Source: an uncultured delta proteobacterium
GTDB lineage: Bacteria > Desulfobacterota > Binatia > UBA9968
Direction: 5' to 3'
NCBI GenBank assembly: GCA_963745035.1
Contig: CAVUVW010000014.1
Location: 1-64,000 of the forward strand
DNA: 64,000 nt
Shown: positions 23,584-33,103 of the stretch, one piece after another
How positions within the stretch are numbered: position 1 is the first letter of the stretch
Layout of the letters: each line of letters opens with the position of its first letter
Notes under the pieces: generated by a model
What the model saw: the letters and a program-made list of their open reading frames with translations, nothing else
Told to the model about the DNA's origin: nothing
Database searches by the model: none
Position numbers and translations under genes: made by a program

Positions 23584-24513
23584 ATGACCGTTCTCAAGAC
23601 CGCGATCGCGAACTACCCGCACACGAAAGGCCTGAAAGATGGCACCGTGTCGGTGCCCGGCGTCCAGTTCGAGGATGTCGAGGTTTCGCCGATCATCGGC
23701 GCTTTCCGCCGCATGTGCCGCACGCTCGAATTCGACGTCTGCGAGATGGCGATTACAACGTACCTGACGGGCAAAGCTCACGACAAACCGTTCACGGCGC
23801 TGCCCGTCTTCGTCGTGCGCCAGTTTCACCACTCCCCCATCGTCTATAACATAAAGTCCGGTGTGCAATCGCCGAAGGATCTCGAGGGCAAGAAGGTTGG
23901 CGTGCGCGCGTACACCGTCACCACCGGCGTCTGGGCGAGGGGTATTCTCGCCACGGAGTACGGCGTCGACCTCGACAAGATCACCTGGGTCGTGGTCGAC
24001 GAAGAACACGTTCAGGAGTACCGCAAGCCAGCCAACGTGACGGAACGACCTGGGGCGAACCTGGCCGAGATGCTCGTGGCGGGCGAGCTTGCGGCCGCCA
24101 TCGGCGTCGGCAAGGTCGACTCTCCGGACATCAAGCCGCTTATCCCCGACGCAGCAGCGGCCGAAGCGGCCTGGTACCGGAAGACAGGCATCTATCCCAT
24201 CAACCACACGGTCGTGGTCAAGGACACGCTGCTCCAGTCCGATCCCTCTCTAGCGCCGCGGCTGTTCACCGGCTTCGAGGCCGCCAAGGCGCAGTTCCTG
24301 CAGCAGCTTAGCTCAGCCTCCGAGCTGTCGGCCGAAGCACAGATCCTGGCCAAGCGCCGGAGCATCGTGGGTGATGATCCGCTCCCCAATGGTCTGGCGC
24401 GCAATCGCAAGGCGCTGGAGACAATCATCCGGTTCGCGCACGAACAGAAGATCCTGCCGCGCGCCGTCAAGCCGGAGGAGATGTTCGCTGCCAACACGCT
24501 GGACCTGGGCTAG
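23584..24513 (+). CDS. binding-protein-fold protein, 4,5-dihydroxyphthalate decarboxylase-like
   Basis: FDVCEMA, LPVF..RQFHH, DLEGKKVG..YTVTTGVWARG, GIYPINHTVV; no signal peptide. Confidence 0.75.
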   Translation: MTVLKTAIANYPHTKGLKDGTVSVPGVQFEDVEVSPIIGAFRRMCRTLEFDVCEMAITTYLTGKAHDKPFTALPVFVVRQFHHSPIVYNIKSGVQSPKDLEGKKVGVRAYTVTTGVWARGILATEYGVDLDKITWVVVDEEHVQEYRKPANVTERPGANLAEMLVAGELAAAIGVGKVDSPDIKPLIPDAAAAEAAWYRKTGIYPINHTVVVKDTLLQSDPSLAPRLFTGFEAAKAQFLQQLSSASELSAEAQILAKRRSIVGDDPLPNGLARNRKALETIIRFAHEQKILPRAVKPEEMFAANTLDLG

Positions 24514-24942
24514 CGGAGACCGGCTGTTAAGGCTGTCTAGAAATAAAAGCTGACCCTAGCGACGGCGATTTCGCTGGAACGGCGAGTTTCCGAAAAACCT
24601 CAAGTACCTGTGGAATCATCCCGATCTTTCACGGACGACCGAGGAAAAGATCGCCTATCACAACGACAAGGAGTATTTCCAACTGGATCGTAAAGCTCGG
24701 CACCGCTGCCCGGAAAGCGATCTGAGAATAAAAAATTCTATTCGGTAACCGCGGGCAGCAAAAGCCGCGCGATAAAGGAGAGACTCTCTGAATTTTTGGT
24801 CGCCGCCGCATCAATTTAGTTAAAAGCGGATTGGAGCTAGCATCCTTTTGTTCTGGTTTTGCGCAAGCACCATTGGAAGACGGGGCGGGTAACAGGTAAT
24901 GCGAGCTGCGGCCTTGGCCAATAAGGAATGAGGAGTGGAAAC

Positions 24943-25491
24943 ATGCCGAGAATACGGGCGTTGAGCCGAGACGAAATGGACGCGGAACAGCAGAAGGTTT
25001 ACGACGAGACCGTGGCAACGACGGGGCGGGTCGGCAAGGGACCATCGGTCGGCTACGCGTATTCGCCGGGCCTCTGGCGGCTGCACAACGCATCGAGCGC
25101 CCATCTCCTTGTTTGTTCCTTGACACAGGCGCAGGTTCGGATCGTGTCGCTGATGACGGCGCGACACTGGAATGCCGCTTATCCCTGGAGCGCGCAAGCT
25201 GAGACGGCGCTGCCCGCAGGCGTCGAGCGGACCGTGATCGAGGCCATCAACGCGAGGGAACAGCCGAAATTCACGGACCGCGCCGACGAGATAGTGCACG
25301 CGGTGACGCGGGAGCTGCTGGCGACCGGATCGCTGGCAGACGAGACCTTCAAGGCCGCCGAATCGACGCTTGGCTATAAACGCCTTGCCGACGTGGTCGG
25401 CGTCATCGGCCATTTCACGACCACGGCGATGATGGCGAATGTCGTGGGCGCCGAACCGCGGGCTGACGCGCCATCGCTCCTCAAGCGTTGA
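24943..25491 (+). CDS. carboxymuconolactone decarboxylase / AhpD-like family protein
   Basis: EQQKVYDE..GRV.KGP, L.TARHWNA.Y.W motifs. Confidence 0.75.
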   Translation: MPRIRALSRDEMDAEQQKVYDETVATTGRVGKGPSVGYAYSPGLWRLHNASSAHLLVCSLTQAQVRIVSLMTARHWNAAYPWSAQAETALPAGVERTVIEAINAREQPKFTDRADEIVHAVTRELLATGSLADETFKAAESTLGYKRLADVVGVIGHFTTTAMMANVVGAEPRADAPSLLKR

Positions 25492-25568
25492 ACGCGGAGG
25501 TCCTTGGAAATATTACCGCTCCGGTGTCGGATCGTAGTTTATCAAGATCGACTTAGGGAGGAAGCGTA

Positions 25569-26189
25569 ATGGAAAAACGCACGATCGATTTGAGCAAGGT
25601 CGATTTGGGTGGGCTGCACGATCCCGAAATAGAGGCGTTGAAAAAAGTTCAGCCGCCGGCCGACATGCCTTTCAAGATCGGCAAGATGGGACATGCCGTG
25701 CTGGTCGTGCACGACATCGATGCCTCCGTGAGGTTCTACACGCAGGTGCTGGGGTTCAAGGTCTCGGACGTGTATCCCGACAGCATGGTCAAAGGCCGGA
25801 TGGTTTTCATGCGTTTCAACGACGACCATCACGGCCTCGGTATGGTGGGCCAGGGCGGAGAAATCTCCAGGCAGCGTGAATTGCATCATATCGCGTTCGA
25901 AGTCCCGACCATCGACGACGTGTTTCGCGCCCGGGATTATCTCGAGAAAAACGGCGTGACGATCGATTTTCACGGCCGGCGACGCGCCGGCTCCCAGGTG
26001 TCGGTCGAGTTTCGCGATCCCGACGGCCATGCCCTCGAAATCTTCTGGGGGCTCGACAAAGTGGATTGGAATGGCGAAGCGCGCCCGCCCGAAGAATGGG
26101 CGCCGAAACACACCCTCGAAGAAGCTGTCGACCAAGCCCCGCCCGGCCAGGACACCACGCTCGCCGATCCGAGCCTGCGCAGGGACTAG
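25569..26189 (+). CDS. VOC family protein (glyoxalase / extradiol dioxygenase-like)
   Basis: GHAVL.V, FYTQVLGFKVSD, DHH, LHHIAFEV, FRDPDGHALEI. Confidence 0.9.
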   Translation: MEKRTIDLSKVDLGGLHDPEIEALKKVQPPADMPFKIGKMGHAVLVVHDIDASVRFYTQVLGFKVSDVYPDSMVKGRMVFMRFNDDHHGLGMVGQGGEISRQRELHHIAFEVPTIDDVFRARDYLEKNGVTIDFHGRRRAGSQVSVEFRDPDGHALEIFWGLDKVDWNGEARPPEEWAPKHTLEEAVDQAPPGQDTTLADPSLRRD

Positions 26190-26193
26190 ACTA

Positions 26194-26396
26194 GCAGGCT
26201 GCTGAAAAAATCCTCTTGCAGGCTGCTCAAAAAGATCCAGAGGCGAGGCGCGTACTTCGTGATCGTGTCCGTGAACGTGTCTGAAATTCACGAGCAGGCG
26301 AACACGAACACGATTCCGTGTGAGGCGATTGAGCGCACCCTTCGGCAAAGCTCAGGGCAATCGGCGTTAGCAGGTGGGTCTTTTTCAGCAGCCTGC
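26194..26396. mobile_element. MITE-like non-autonomous element with 16-bp terminal inverted repeats
   Basis: GCAGGCTGCTGAAAAA at 26194 and TTTTTCAGCAGCCTGC ending 26396; internal palindromes; a further end-like remnant near 27094-27110. Confidence 0.65.
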
Positions 26397-26420
26397 GCCG
26401 GCGCCGCAAATGCGCTGCGA

Positions 26421-26822
26421 CTACTCTTTTGCGGAAGCGAGCGCGGGAAGGATATTCCGATAAAATTCCCGGTCGCCCTCGAAGGTGCCGTCCATGCGAC
26501 AAATCTCGTCCACGGTGAGCCAGCGGGCGTCGCTCACTTCCGCAAGGTTGGGCGTCAGCTCACCGCTGACATACTCCGCCATCCACCAGTGCAGTTTAAA
26601 AGTGCCCCGCGTCGAGACGTTCTCCCAAACCTTCCGAATCGGCCGCACCGTCAAGCCCACTTCCTCCATCGCCTCGCGCGCCACCGCCGCTTCCTGGCTC
26701 TCACCGGCCTCCACTTCGCCGCTCACCGGCGCCCAATGCCCTCCGCCCCGGATGTTCGGCGCCCTTTGAATGAACAGAACCTTTTCCCCATTCGTAATCA
26801 CGGCGATGACAGCGTCGAGCAT
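26421..26822 (-). CDS. NUDIX hydrolase
   Basis: Nudix box GEVEAGESQEAAVAREAMEEVGL. Confidence 0.9.
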   Translation of the reverse strand: MLDAVIAVITNGEKVLFIQRAPNIRGGGHWAPVSGEVEAGESQEAAVAREAMEEVGLTVRPIRKVWENVSTRGTFKLHWWMAEYVSGELTPNLAEVSDARWLTVDEICRMDGTFEGDREFYRNILPALASAKE

Positions 26823-26872
26823 GAGTTTGACGGGTTCTTGTCGGCGTCAGGTTTACTGGAGTGACAGTTCAA

Positions 26873-27002
26873 ATTGCTTGTTGCGAGCGACACCATGAGC
26901 AGCTTGTCGTGACCGACAGCAAGAAATTCGGGATACAATTCACATTGCTTGTTGCGAGCGACATCATAGCAGCTTGTCGTGACCAGGCAGCAAGAAATTC
27001 GG
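26873..27002. repeat. two imperfect direct repeats of ~59 bp (period 71)
   Basis: attgcttgttgcgagcgaca..gcagcttgtcgtgacc..cagcaagaaattcgg at 26873-26931 and 26944-27002. Confidence 0.85.
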
Positions 27003-27192
27003 AAATTCCTTACGTCTCTTGCCAAGAATTTGAGGTCGTCGTCAGCGGTACGGTTGTAGCGAGTCAAATCGAACGCTAACAAAGCAGTGGGCCTTTTTCA
27101 GCCGCCTGCTTCGGCCCGCTCACGCTTCTGGACACCGCGATCGCGATTTGTTGCAATACCGTAGCCCCACTTAGCGCAGAGGAGCTTACCCG

Positions 27193-28035
27193 ATGGCGAT
27201 CATCGATTCCCAGGTCCACATCTACGAGGCCAACACGCCGAAACGGCCCTGGCACAGTGTGCCGAATTGGCCGGATCATGTGACGGGTGACGAGATGGTG
27301 GCGGCAATGGACAAGGTCGGCGTCGACGGCGCGATCTTCATCTCCGCTTTTACCATGTACCGCTACGACGCGAGCTACGCGATGGAAGTGCAACGGGCCC
27401 ACCCCGGGCGGTTTGCGCTCGTGAAACCGGTCGACCCGGACGATCCGGCAGCGGCTGACGTCATCGCCGACTGGAAGCAGACGCCGGGCGCGGTCGGGAT
27501 CCGCATCATGATGACGAAAGAGGCAGGGCGTGATCCGACCGACCCGGGGCTCGACCGTATTCTTCGCGCAGCCGTTTGGCACGATTTCCCGGTCAACATG
27601 CTGTGCTGGGGCAATGTGGAAGCGGGCACGGCGCTGATCGATCACCATCCCGAGACGCGATTCATCATCGACCATCTGGCCATCCTGCAGCCGCGCACGC
27701 CCCCTGCGCCGCCCCAGCCCTGGGCTGACCTGCCGAAGGTGCTGGAGTTGGCAAAGCGCCCGAACGTGGTGATCAAGGTCAGCGGCGCCTGTACGCTGTC
27801 CAAGGAACCCTATCCCTTTCCAGACATCTGGGACCCGCTCGCCCGCGTGTTCGACGCCTGGGGCTTCGACCGTTGTTTGTGGGGCACCGACTGGACCCGC
27901 GCATTCGCGGTCGTCAACTACGAACAGGCCGTCGAGCCCTTCCGTCTCACCGACCGCCTGAGCGAGAGTGAGCGTGCAATGCTAATGGGCGGTACCTGCG
28001 CCAAGGTTTACGGCTGGTCGCCGAAGAAAGACTAG
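27193..28035 (+). CDS. amidohydrolase family 2 protein (LigI / L-fuconolactonase-like)
   Basis: IIDSQVH, IIDHL, VIKVSG, WGTDW. Confidence 0.9.
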   Translation: MAIIDSQVHIYEANTPKRPWHSVPNWPDHVTGDEMVAAMDKVGVDGAIFISAFTMYRYDASYAMEVQRAHPGRFALVKPVDPDDPAAADVIADWKQTPGAVGIRIMMTKEAGRDPTDPGLDRILRAAVWHDFPVNMLCWGNVEAGTALIDHHPETRFIIDHLAILQPRTPPAPPQPWADLPKVLELAKRPNVVIKVSGACTLSKEPYPFPDIWDPLARVFDAWGFDRCLWGTDWTRAFAVVNYEQAVEPFRLTDRLSESERAMLMGGTCAKVYGWSPKKD

Positions 28036-28418
28036 ATTCACGATCGCGCTCATATAGTAAACTTCCAGGGTCAAACTGACCCCAACGCCGGCTTTCAAGG
28101 GCATAAGACGAATCTTATGACCAGGTTGTTGGGTTTCTTATTAGATACGGGCCGGCATTCGGCGCTAAAATCACCCCGCAACCTTACCGGACATCGAATC
28201 ACCAAATGGCACTCGGCACCGATACTTTGCCGGTGAGCCTGCGAGCAGGATTAACGAAAATTACGGTGGAACAACTTCGGTTGAAGTTTCTTTCGAGGCT
28301 CCGAATATCAAAGTCCAAGACTCGACGCTAATACTTTGCCAGAAAGTCGAGACGTAAAAGTCACCGCTAGCTTTCTGACACGTCTTCTCCCTCTGATAGA
28401 TATGCCAGGACGATCGAC

Positions 28419-29387
28419 CTATCTTTCCTTCAGCACTTCATCCAGAACCGAGTAATCAAGAACCGATCTCACATCCGCCCGCTGCGGAATCTCGCTGTTT
28501 CTATGGGCTTGATCGAGATAATCTTGCACCGCCTCCAGACTAATTTTTCCATCCATTGGAATCGACGGAAGAAACTCTCTGTAAGTTTGCTCCGCCACAT
28601 CGGGGCTGAGCTTCCAAGTGCGCTGTATGTAATCGCTTACCCGGTCTTTCTCATTCGCGATGTACTTCAGGCTATCGAGGAAAGCACGGACCATGCGTTT
28701 TACCTGCGCTCGGTTCTTGTCGAGCTTTGCCCTGGGCACTTGCAACCCGGTATTCGGAAACACTCCGACGTTGCTCGTGGACACGAGTTGGTTAAAACCT
28801 TTTTGTTTCATGAGCACATTGAATGGGATCGACAGCGTCGCCGCGTCCACGGACCCTGCGGTCAGAGCGGAATAGCTATTCGATGTGGATCCGGTTTGAA
28901 TGTAAGTGACCGCGTCGGGATTGATTCCCGCCTGCTTGATCATCGATCGGGTAAGCGCGTGGCTCTGGCTCCCGACCCTTGATACGGCTACCTTCTTGCC
29001 GGCGAGATTCGCTTTGCTGATATCGGGCCGCGCCATGATGTAGAAAAGCGGCGTCTTGGTGGTCGCCATAACGACGGTAAAGGGCAGACCTTTCGCCGCC
29101 AGGAGCAAGCCAGGAACGAAACTGGAGTTGTAATCAATCTCACCGGCCGCAAGAGCGGCAGCTTGCGCCGGTCCTGCGACAAGGATCGTTTCGACATCAA
29201 GACCGTGCTTCTTGAAAATCCCCGCGTCTCGCGCGATCAGGTTGACCAAGAAAGTGAAACTCACGGTCGATATGGCGACGCGGATTTTCTCTCGCTCTTG
29301 CGCATGCGGATTGCGAGTAGTTCCCAGGGGAGCCAGTAAAGCAAAACACGTGAATCCAAGCACGAGAGCAAACTTTCGGATAGGCAT
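28419..29387 (-). CDS. ABC-type substrate-binding protein, NMT1/THI5/SsuA-like
   Basis: IARDAGIFKKHGLDVE, LAGKKVAVS; signal peptide. Confidence 0.85.
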   Translation of the reverse strand: MPIRKFALVLGFTCFALLAPLGTTRNPHAQEREKIRVAISTVSFTFLVNLIARDAGIFKKHGLDVETILVAGPAQAAALAAGEIDYNSSFVPGLLLAAKGLPFTVVMATTKTPLFYIMARPDISKANLAGKKVAVSRVGSQSHALTRSMIKQAGINPDAVTYIQTGSTSNSYSALTAGSVDAATLSIPFNVLMKQKGFNQLVSTSNVGVFPNTGLQVPRAKLDKNRAQVKRMVRAFLDSLKYIANEKDRVSDYIQRTWKLSPDVAEQTYREFLPSIPMDGKISLEAVQDYLDQAHRNSEIPQRADVRSVLDYSVLDEVLKER

Positions 29388-29540
29388 AGAGACCCCCGCG
29401 TTCGCAAATGTTATCCGCCATCACGCATACCGCTGACGGGCCGGTTATACTGGCAAGCTTCTCATGAAACAAGCCGATTCGGCCCCGTCTCGATCATGGA
29501 TGACCTGAGAATGACAACTGCCCAGCGCTTCCCCGGTATT

Positions 29541-29582
29541 TGTTATATTGCAAGACCTGATCCTCGGGCCTGACCTGACCCC
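29541..29582 (-). repeat. GGGTCAGGTCTTGCA-type REP-like motif (reverse orientation)
   Basis: tgttatattgcaagacctgatcc...cctgacctgacccc; related copies at 38487, 55031, 60123, 60177 and 63800. Confidence 0.65.
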
Positions 29583-29815
29583 GATGGGCGTCGGGAAGCC
29601 CGAACTCTTCAAGCAGTGGAAAATGATGCAGGACGTCGACCGCATTTTAGCGGAAGTCGCCACGCATGCGGCTGCTGCAGGGTTGGACTTGGAAAGCGTC
29701 CGCGAAGTGCTCCTCGCCAATATGCTGGGTGAACAACCTCTGCCCATCGATTTTCGCGGCAAGCCGCCGCCCGAACCCAAAGCCGCGCCGGTGCGCGTCA
29801 TCGCAGAGTAGACTT
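29582..29815 (+). pseudogene. duplicate of the 3' end of the Fe-S oxidoreductase gene (23225-23458)
   Basis: near-identical DNA encoding MGV.KP.LFKQWKMMQD...PVRVIAE*. Confidence 0.9.
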
Positions 29816-29973
29816 CGAGCTCGGCTGCGGACCGGGATTTCTCGCCGAAGCATTGCTGGAAAATTGCCAGATCGTGCGCTACACGCTGGTCGACTTCTCG
29901 CCGCAGATGCTGGAGCGCGGCCGCAGTCGCGTGGCAAAGTTTCAAGATCGGACGGTTTTTCTCCAAGCGGATT
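29813..29973 (+). pseudogene. degenerate internal fragment of the methyltransferase gene (13642-13802)
   Basis: cttcgagctcgg.tgcggaccgggatttctcgccgaagcattgctg...gactttctcgccgcagatgctgga-like sequence matches 13642 onward, with indels. Confidence 0.85.
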
Positions 29974-30088
29974 CAGGAGAATGATGCCAAGCCCCTAGCG
30001 ATCTTACTCAGATGGTAGTCATCCGAAGTTCTTTCTCGTAATGCTGCGAGCATGCCTCCTAGCATCAGAAGTATGGAAGTAACGGGGT

Positions 30089-32110
30089 TTATGAGAGTGT
30101 GGGAATACCAAGTCCGGTAAGATACTTGAACGTTGAATCGTAAAACGCAGGAGATCGCGTAGGATCACTTAAGTCACCGGGCGGCACGAAGATTACCATT
30201 CCCTGCCGAGCGCGGGTGAGCAGGACCCTGTACGCGTTGCAGAGGTAGCGTTGGTTGTCGAGATTCGCGATATTGCACCACCGGTCACCGCGAAAGTCGT
30301 GATAGCTCCATCGGGATCCTGTAAAACGCAGGTCTCCATCCCAAGTCACACAGGCCCAATCCAACTCTAGGCCTTGCACCTGAAACTCCGTGGCAGCATC
30401 TTCGAGATAGTAGCTCGACCGTGTATCCTCCTTCTCGTTGAGAAACCAATGCACTGGGTTGACGTCCACGCGAATATCAACTGCGTGAGGCTTGAGGCGT
30501 TGGGCTTTCGACGAGGCGACTACACCAAAGCGCTCAGTTCCTCTCGCATGGGCGCGAATCCATTGCTTCGCCCGAGCCAAATCGCGGGTGACAGCGATAG
30601 GATACCGATCGGCTAGTCGCGTGAAAGCCTCACGTGCTTCTAGCTTTTGGCAGTCGAGCAGCGCCTTGACGAAGGCCGAAACATTTTCAGCTCGAAACGA
30701 TCTCATCGAGACAGCGAGATGCAGGCAGTCGTCAAAGTGAGTATTCTGGCGTTGACGTACAGCGTCTAACGCTTTGCCCGCCGCATATTCGGTGTCAGTG
30801 AGTCTCGATGAAATATACATCTGCCAATGGGAAAATTTCGAATTCACCGCAGCAAGCCACTCATCGATTCCGGCTTCGCCCGTGTGTATTTCCTGCCCGC
30901 CGCCGACGAGGCAAACAACGACAGCCCACTCCGAATGGCGGTCCATGCATGATATCAAGAACTCAGGCTCGGAGTCGGAGAAGCCGGGTCGATTCTTTTT
31001 TCGCCGCATGAAGTTGGCCGTTTGTCGCAAGTTCCACGCGCGTTGCGCCTCGTCGAAGATCACAACGTGTTCCGCCGGCGCGCCAGAATGATCCAATGCC
31101 TCGTCGCGAAAATTATGAACGTTCTGGATGAAAGCCTTGACACTCTCGCCAACTTTTCCTTTTCGAACTCGAATACCCCTGCTCCTCTGACGCACGACCT
31201 CGTCTCGAGTAAGTGCTTCGCGGAGCACAGCAACAAGCGGGCCGTTACCCGAAAGAAAGACAGCGTGAGTCGGTTGGTCTACGTCGCGGCGCCGAGTGGC
31301 AAGGTTAAGACCGACCAGAGTTTTGCCAGCCCCAGGCACACCCGTGACGAAGCAAATAAGTTTGTGTTTCTGTGCTCTAGCTTGGTCCACCAATTCTTCG
31401 ATTCGAGACGACGTAACGCGGAGGTTTTGCGCGCCTGCATCGTAACGGGCGATAGCTTCAACCGAGTGCTGAGCATAAAGGGCGCGAGCAGCTTCGATAA
31501 TGGTAGGTGTCGGGCGATACGGAGCGCCTGCCCATTTGTCCTGATCAAGCGATTCACCCGAAATCGTCCGCAAAATTGAGTCTACGGCGTCGCGAAACCC
31601 TGCGGGATGCACGCGAATCGGGTGATATACGTTGTCCCCATCGGCTCGGATGTTCAACGATGGCGATTTCGCGGTTTCCGTTGCGATAAGAATTGGAACA
31701 ATTGAAGCAGAATGGCTGGCCTCGTGAAAATTTTTCAGATCCAAAGCATAATCCCAAACTTGGTCCACCGCCGCCCGCTCGAACGCGCTCTCGCCCACTT
31801 TGAATTCGATCACAAAAATCACAGGGCCAAGCAAAAGAACCGCGTCAATTCGTCGACCCATGCGTGGAATGTTAAATTCCATAAACAAAGCGCCAGTGAG
31901 ACCGACTAGGTGCTCTTGCAGAAAACCAATCTGCGCCAACCAAGCTTCCGTCTGCGTCGCAAGCAGAGAGAAGTCACAGTTTGTGGCCAATCGCCCGATA
32001 ATCGTGTCTGGTTGCGAGTCTAAAAAATCAGCAATGGGAGCGGAGTACCACGCCCGGGAGGATGCGGTTGTAACGGCGGAAAGCTGGGCTGCCGTTTCCA
32101 TTCGCGGCAT
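30089..32110 (-). CDS. DUF2075 / Schlafen-group-3-like SF1 helicase with N-terminal PD-(D/E)xK-like domain
   Basis: RRIDAVLL..VIEFK; Walker A GVPGAGKT; DEAQR; QGLELD; YRVLLTRAR. Confidence 0.85.
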   Translation of the reverse strand: MPRMETAAQLSAVTTASSRAWYSAPIADFLDSQPDTIIGRLATNCDFSLLATQTEAWLAQIGFLQEHLVGLTGALFMEFNIPRMGRRIDAVLLLGPVIFVIEFKVGESAFERAAVDQVWDYALDLKNFHEASHSASIVPILIATETAKSPSLNIRADGDNVYHPIRVHPAGFRDAVDSILRTISGESLDQDKWAGAPYRPTPTIIEAARALYAQHSVEAIARYDAGAQNLRVTSSRIEELVDQARAQKHKLICFVTGVPGAGKTLVGLNLATRRRDVDQPTHAVFLSGNGPLVAVLREALTRDEVVRQRSRGIRVRKGKVGESVKAFIQNVHNFRDEALDHSGAPAEHVVIFDEAQRAWNLRQTANFMRRKKNRPGFSDSEPEFLISCMDRHSEWAVVVCLVGGGQEIHTGEAGIDEWLAAVNSKFSHWQMYISSRLTDTEYAAGKALDAVRQRQNTHFDDCLHLAVSMRSFRAENVSAFVKALLDCQKLEAREAFTRLADRYPIAVTRDLARAKQWIRAHARGTERFGVVASSKAQRLKPHAVDIRVDVNPVHWFLNEKEDTRSSYYLEDAATEFQVQGLELDWACVTWDGDLRFTGSRWSYHDFRGDRWCNIANLDNQRYLCNAYRVLLTRARQGMVIFVPPGDLSDPTRSPAFYDSTFKYLTGLGIPTLS

Positions 32111-32652
32111 GATGCCAAGAAAGGGTTCCGAAGTGAAGCGGCAATTGTTAATGACGATTTGTTTAAATGTGTAGGCACGACCTCACACGTAATTGAACCC
32201 CAAGCTTTCGTCTTTTAGCGGCTTTGAGTCGGAGTTGGTCCGAGCAGTACCATTTGTCAGGCGACAATAAGTCAATAACTCATGCCTGACGCTCCCAGTG
32301 GGTCCATCTTATGGCGTATTGGGGCACTGTAGCTGATCTGACCCAACGTCAGGAACACGGTGGTCAAAAAGACGGTCAACCATTAGTCCTAGAAGATGCT
32401 CGATGCGTCGTATTTCAAACTTTGTTGGTCATGTACGAGATAGATCGAGCGATTCCGAACAAATAAGCGAAGCGTTTGCCGGAGAGGGGGCAAGGGCCTC
32501 GGCGGTAGATAAGAGAGATAGCTCTTAAACTAACCCGAGCCTACGTCGATATTTATTTTTGCATGTTGACCTATTGCAGGAAACCTTGACCTTCCGGATT
32601 TGAAGCAAAACCCTGATTAATGCACGGTTCTCAATTCCCGCCGAATGCCGCG

Positions 32653-32979
32653 CTATTCGCCAAGAAACTTCAGCCCTAGAATTCCCGTAACGATCAGCCC
32701 CAGGCAAGCCAGCCTGCTCAAAGCCGCAGAATCTCCAAACAGCACAATGCCCAGCCCCACTGTACCCACCGCGCCAATCCCGGTCCATACCGCATACGCA
32801 GTGCCCAGCGGCAGACTCCGCGTCGCAACCCCCACCAGGCCCAAGCTCAGCACAATCATGATCGCCGTCGCTACCGACGGCCACAGCCGCGTAAACCCTT
32901 CCGAGTACTTCAGCCCGATCGAAAACCCTGTCTCAAACACACCGGCAACCACAAGGATCGCCCAAGCATACTGTCTCAT
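32653..32979 (-). CDS. sugE: SMR-family exporter, SugE/Gdx subtype
   Basis: 4 TM; AGVFE, GLKYSEGFTRL, GTAYAVWTGIG. Confidence 0.85.
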   Translation of the reverse strand: MRQYAWAILVVAGVFETGFSIGLKYSEGFTRLWPSVATAIMIVLSLGLVGVATRSLPLGTAYAVWTGIGAVGTVGLGIVLFGDSAALSRLACLGLIVTGILGLKFLGE

Positions 32980-33103
32980 AGTGTTTCTCCTTGAAACTTT
33001 TATTGAAACTCCGCGACACTCTTCTGGCTCCGGTGTTGATGACGAGTTTCAGGTGTGGAATTTGTTGAGGTGATAGCGCACCTGCCTGGCCTTCAGCCTG
33101 TCT

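Noticed and set aside
26873-27002. Mini-CRISPR
   Set aside because: Two 59-bp imperfect repeats with a 12-bp gap; wrong geometry
32980-33103. Guanidine riboswitch upstream of sugE/gdx
   Set aside because: No twin ACGR-loop hairpins or other ykkC-type motif recognisable; the gene appears to be the last of an operon. An Rfam scan would be decisive
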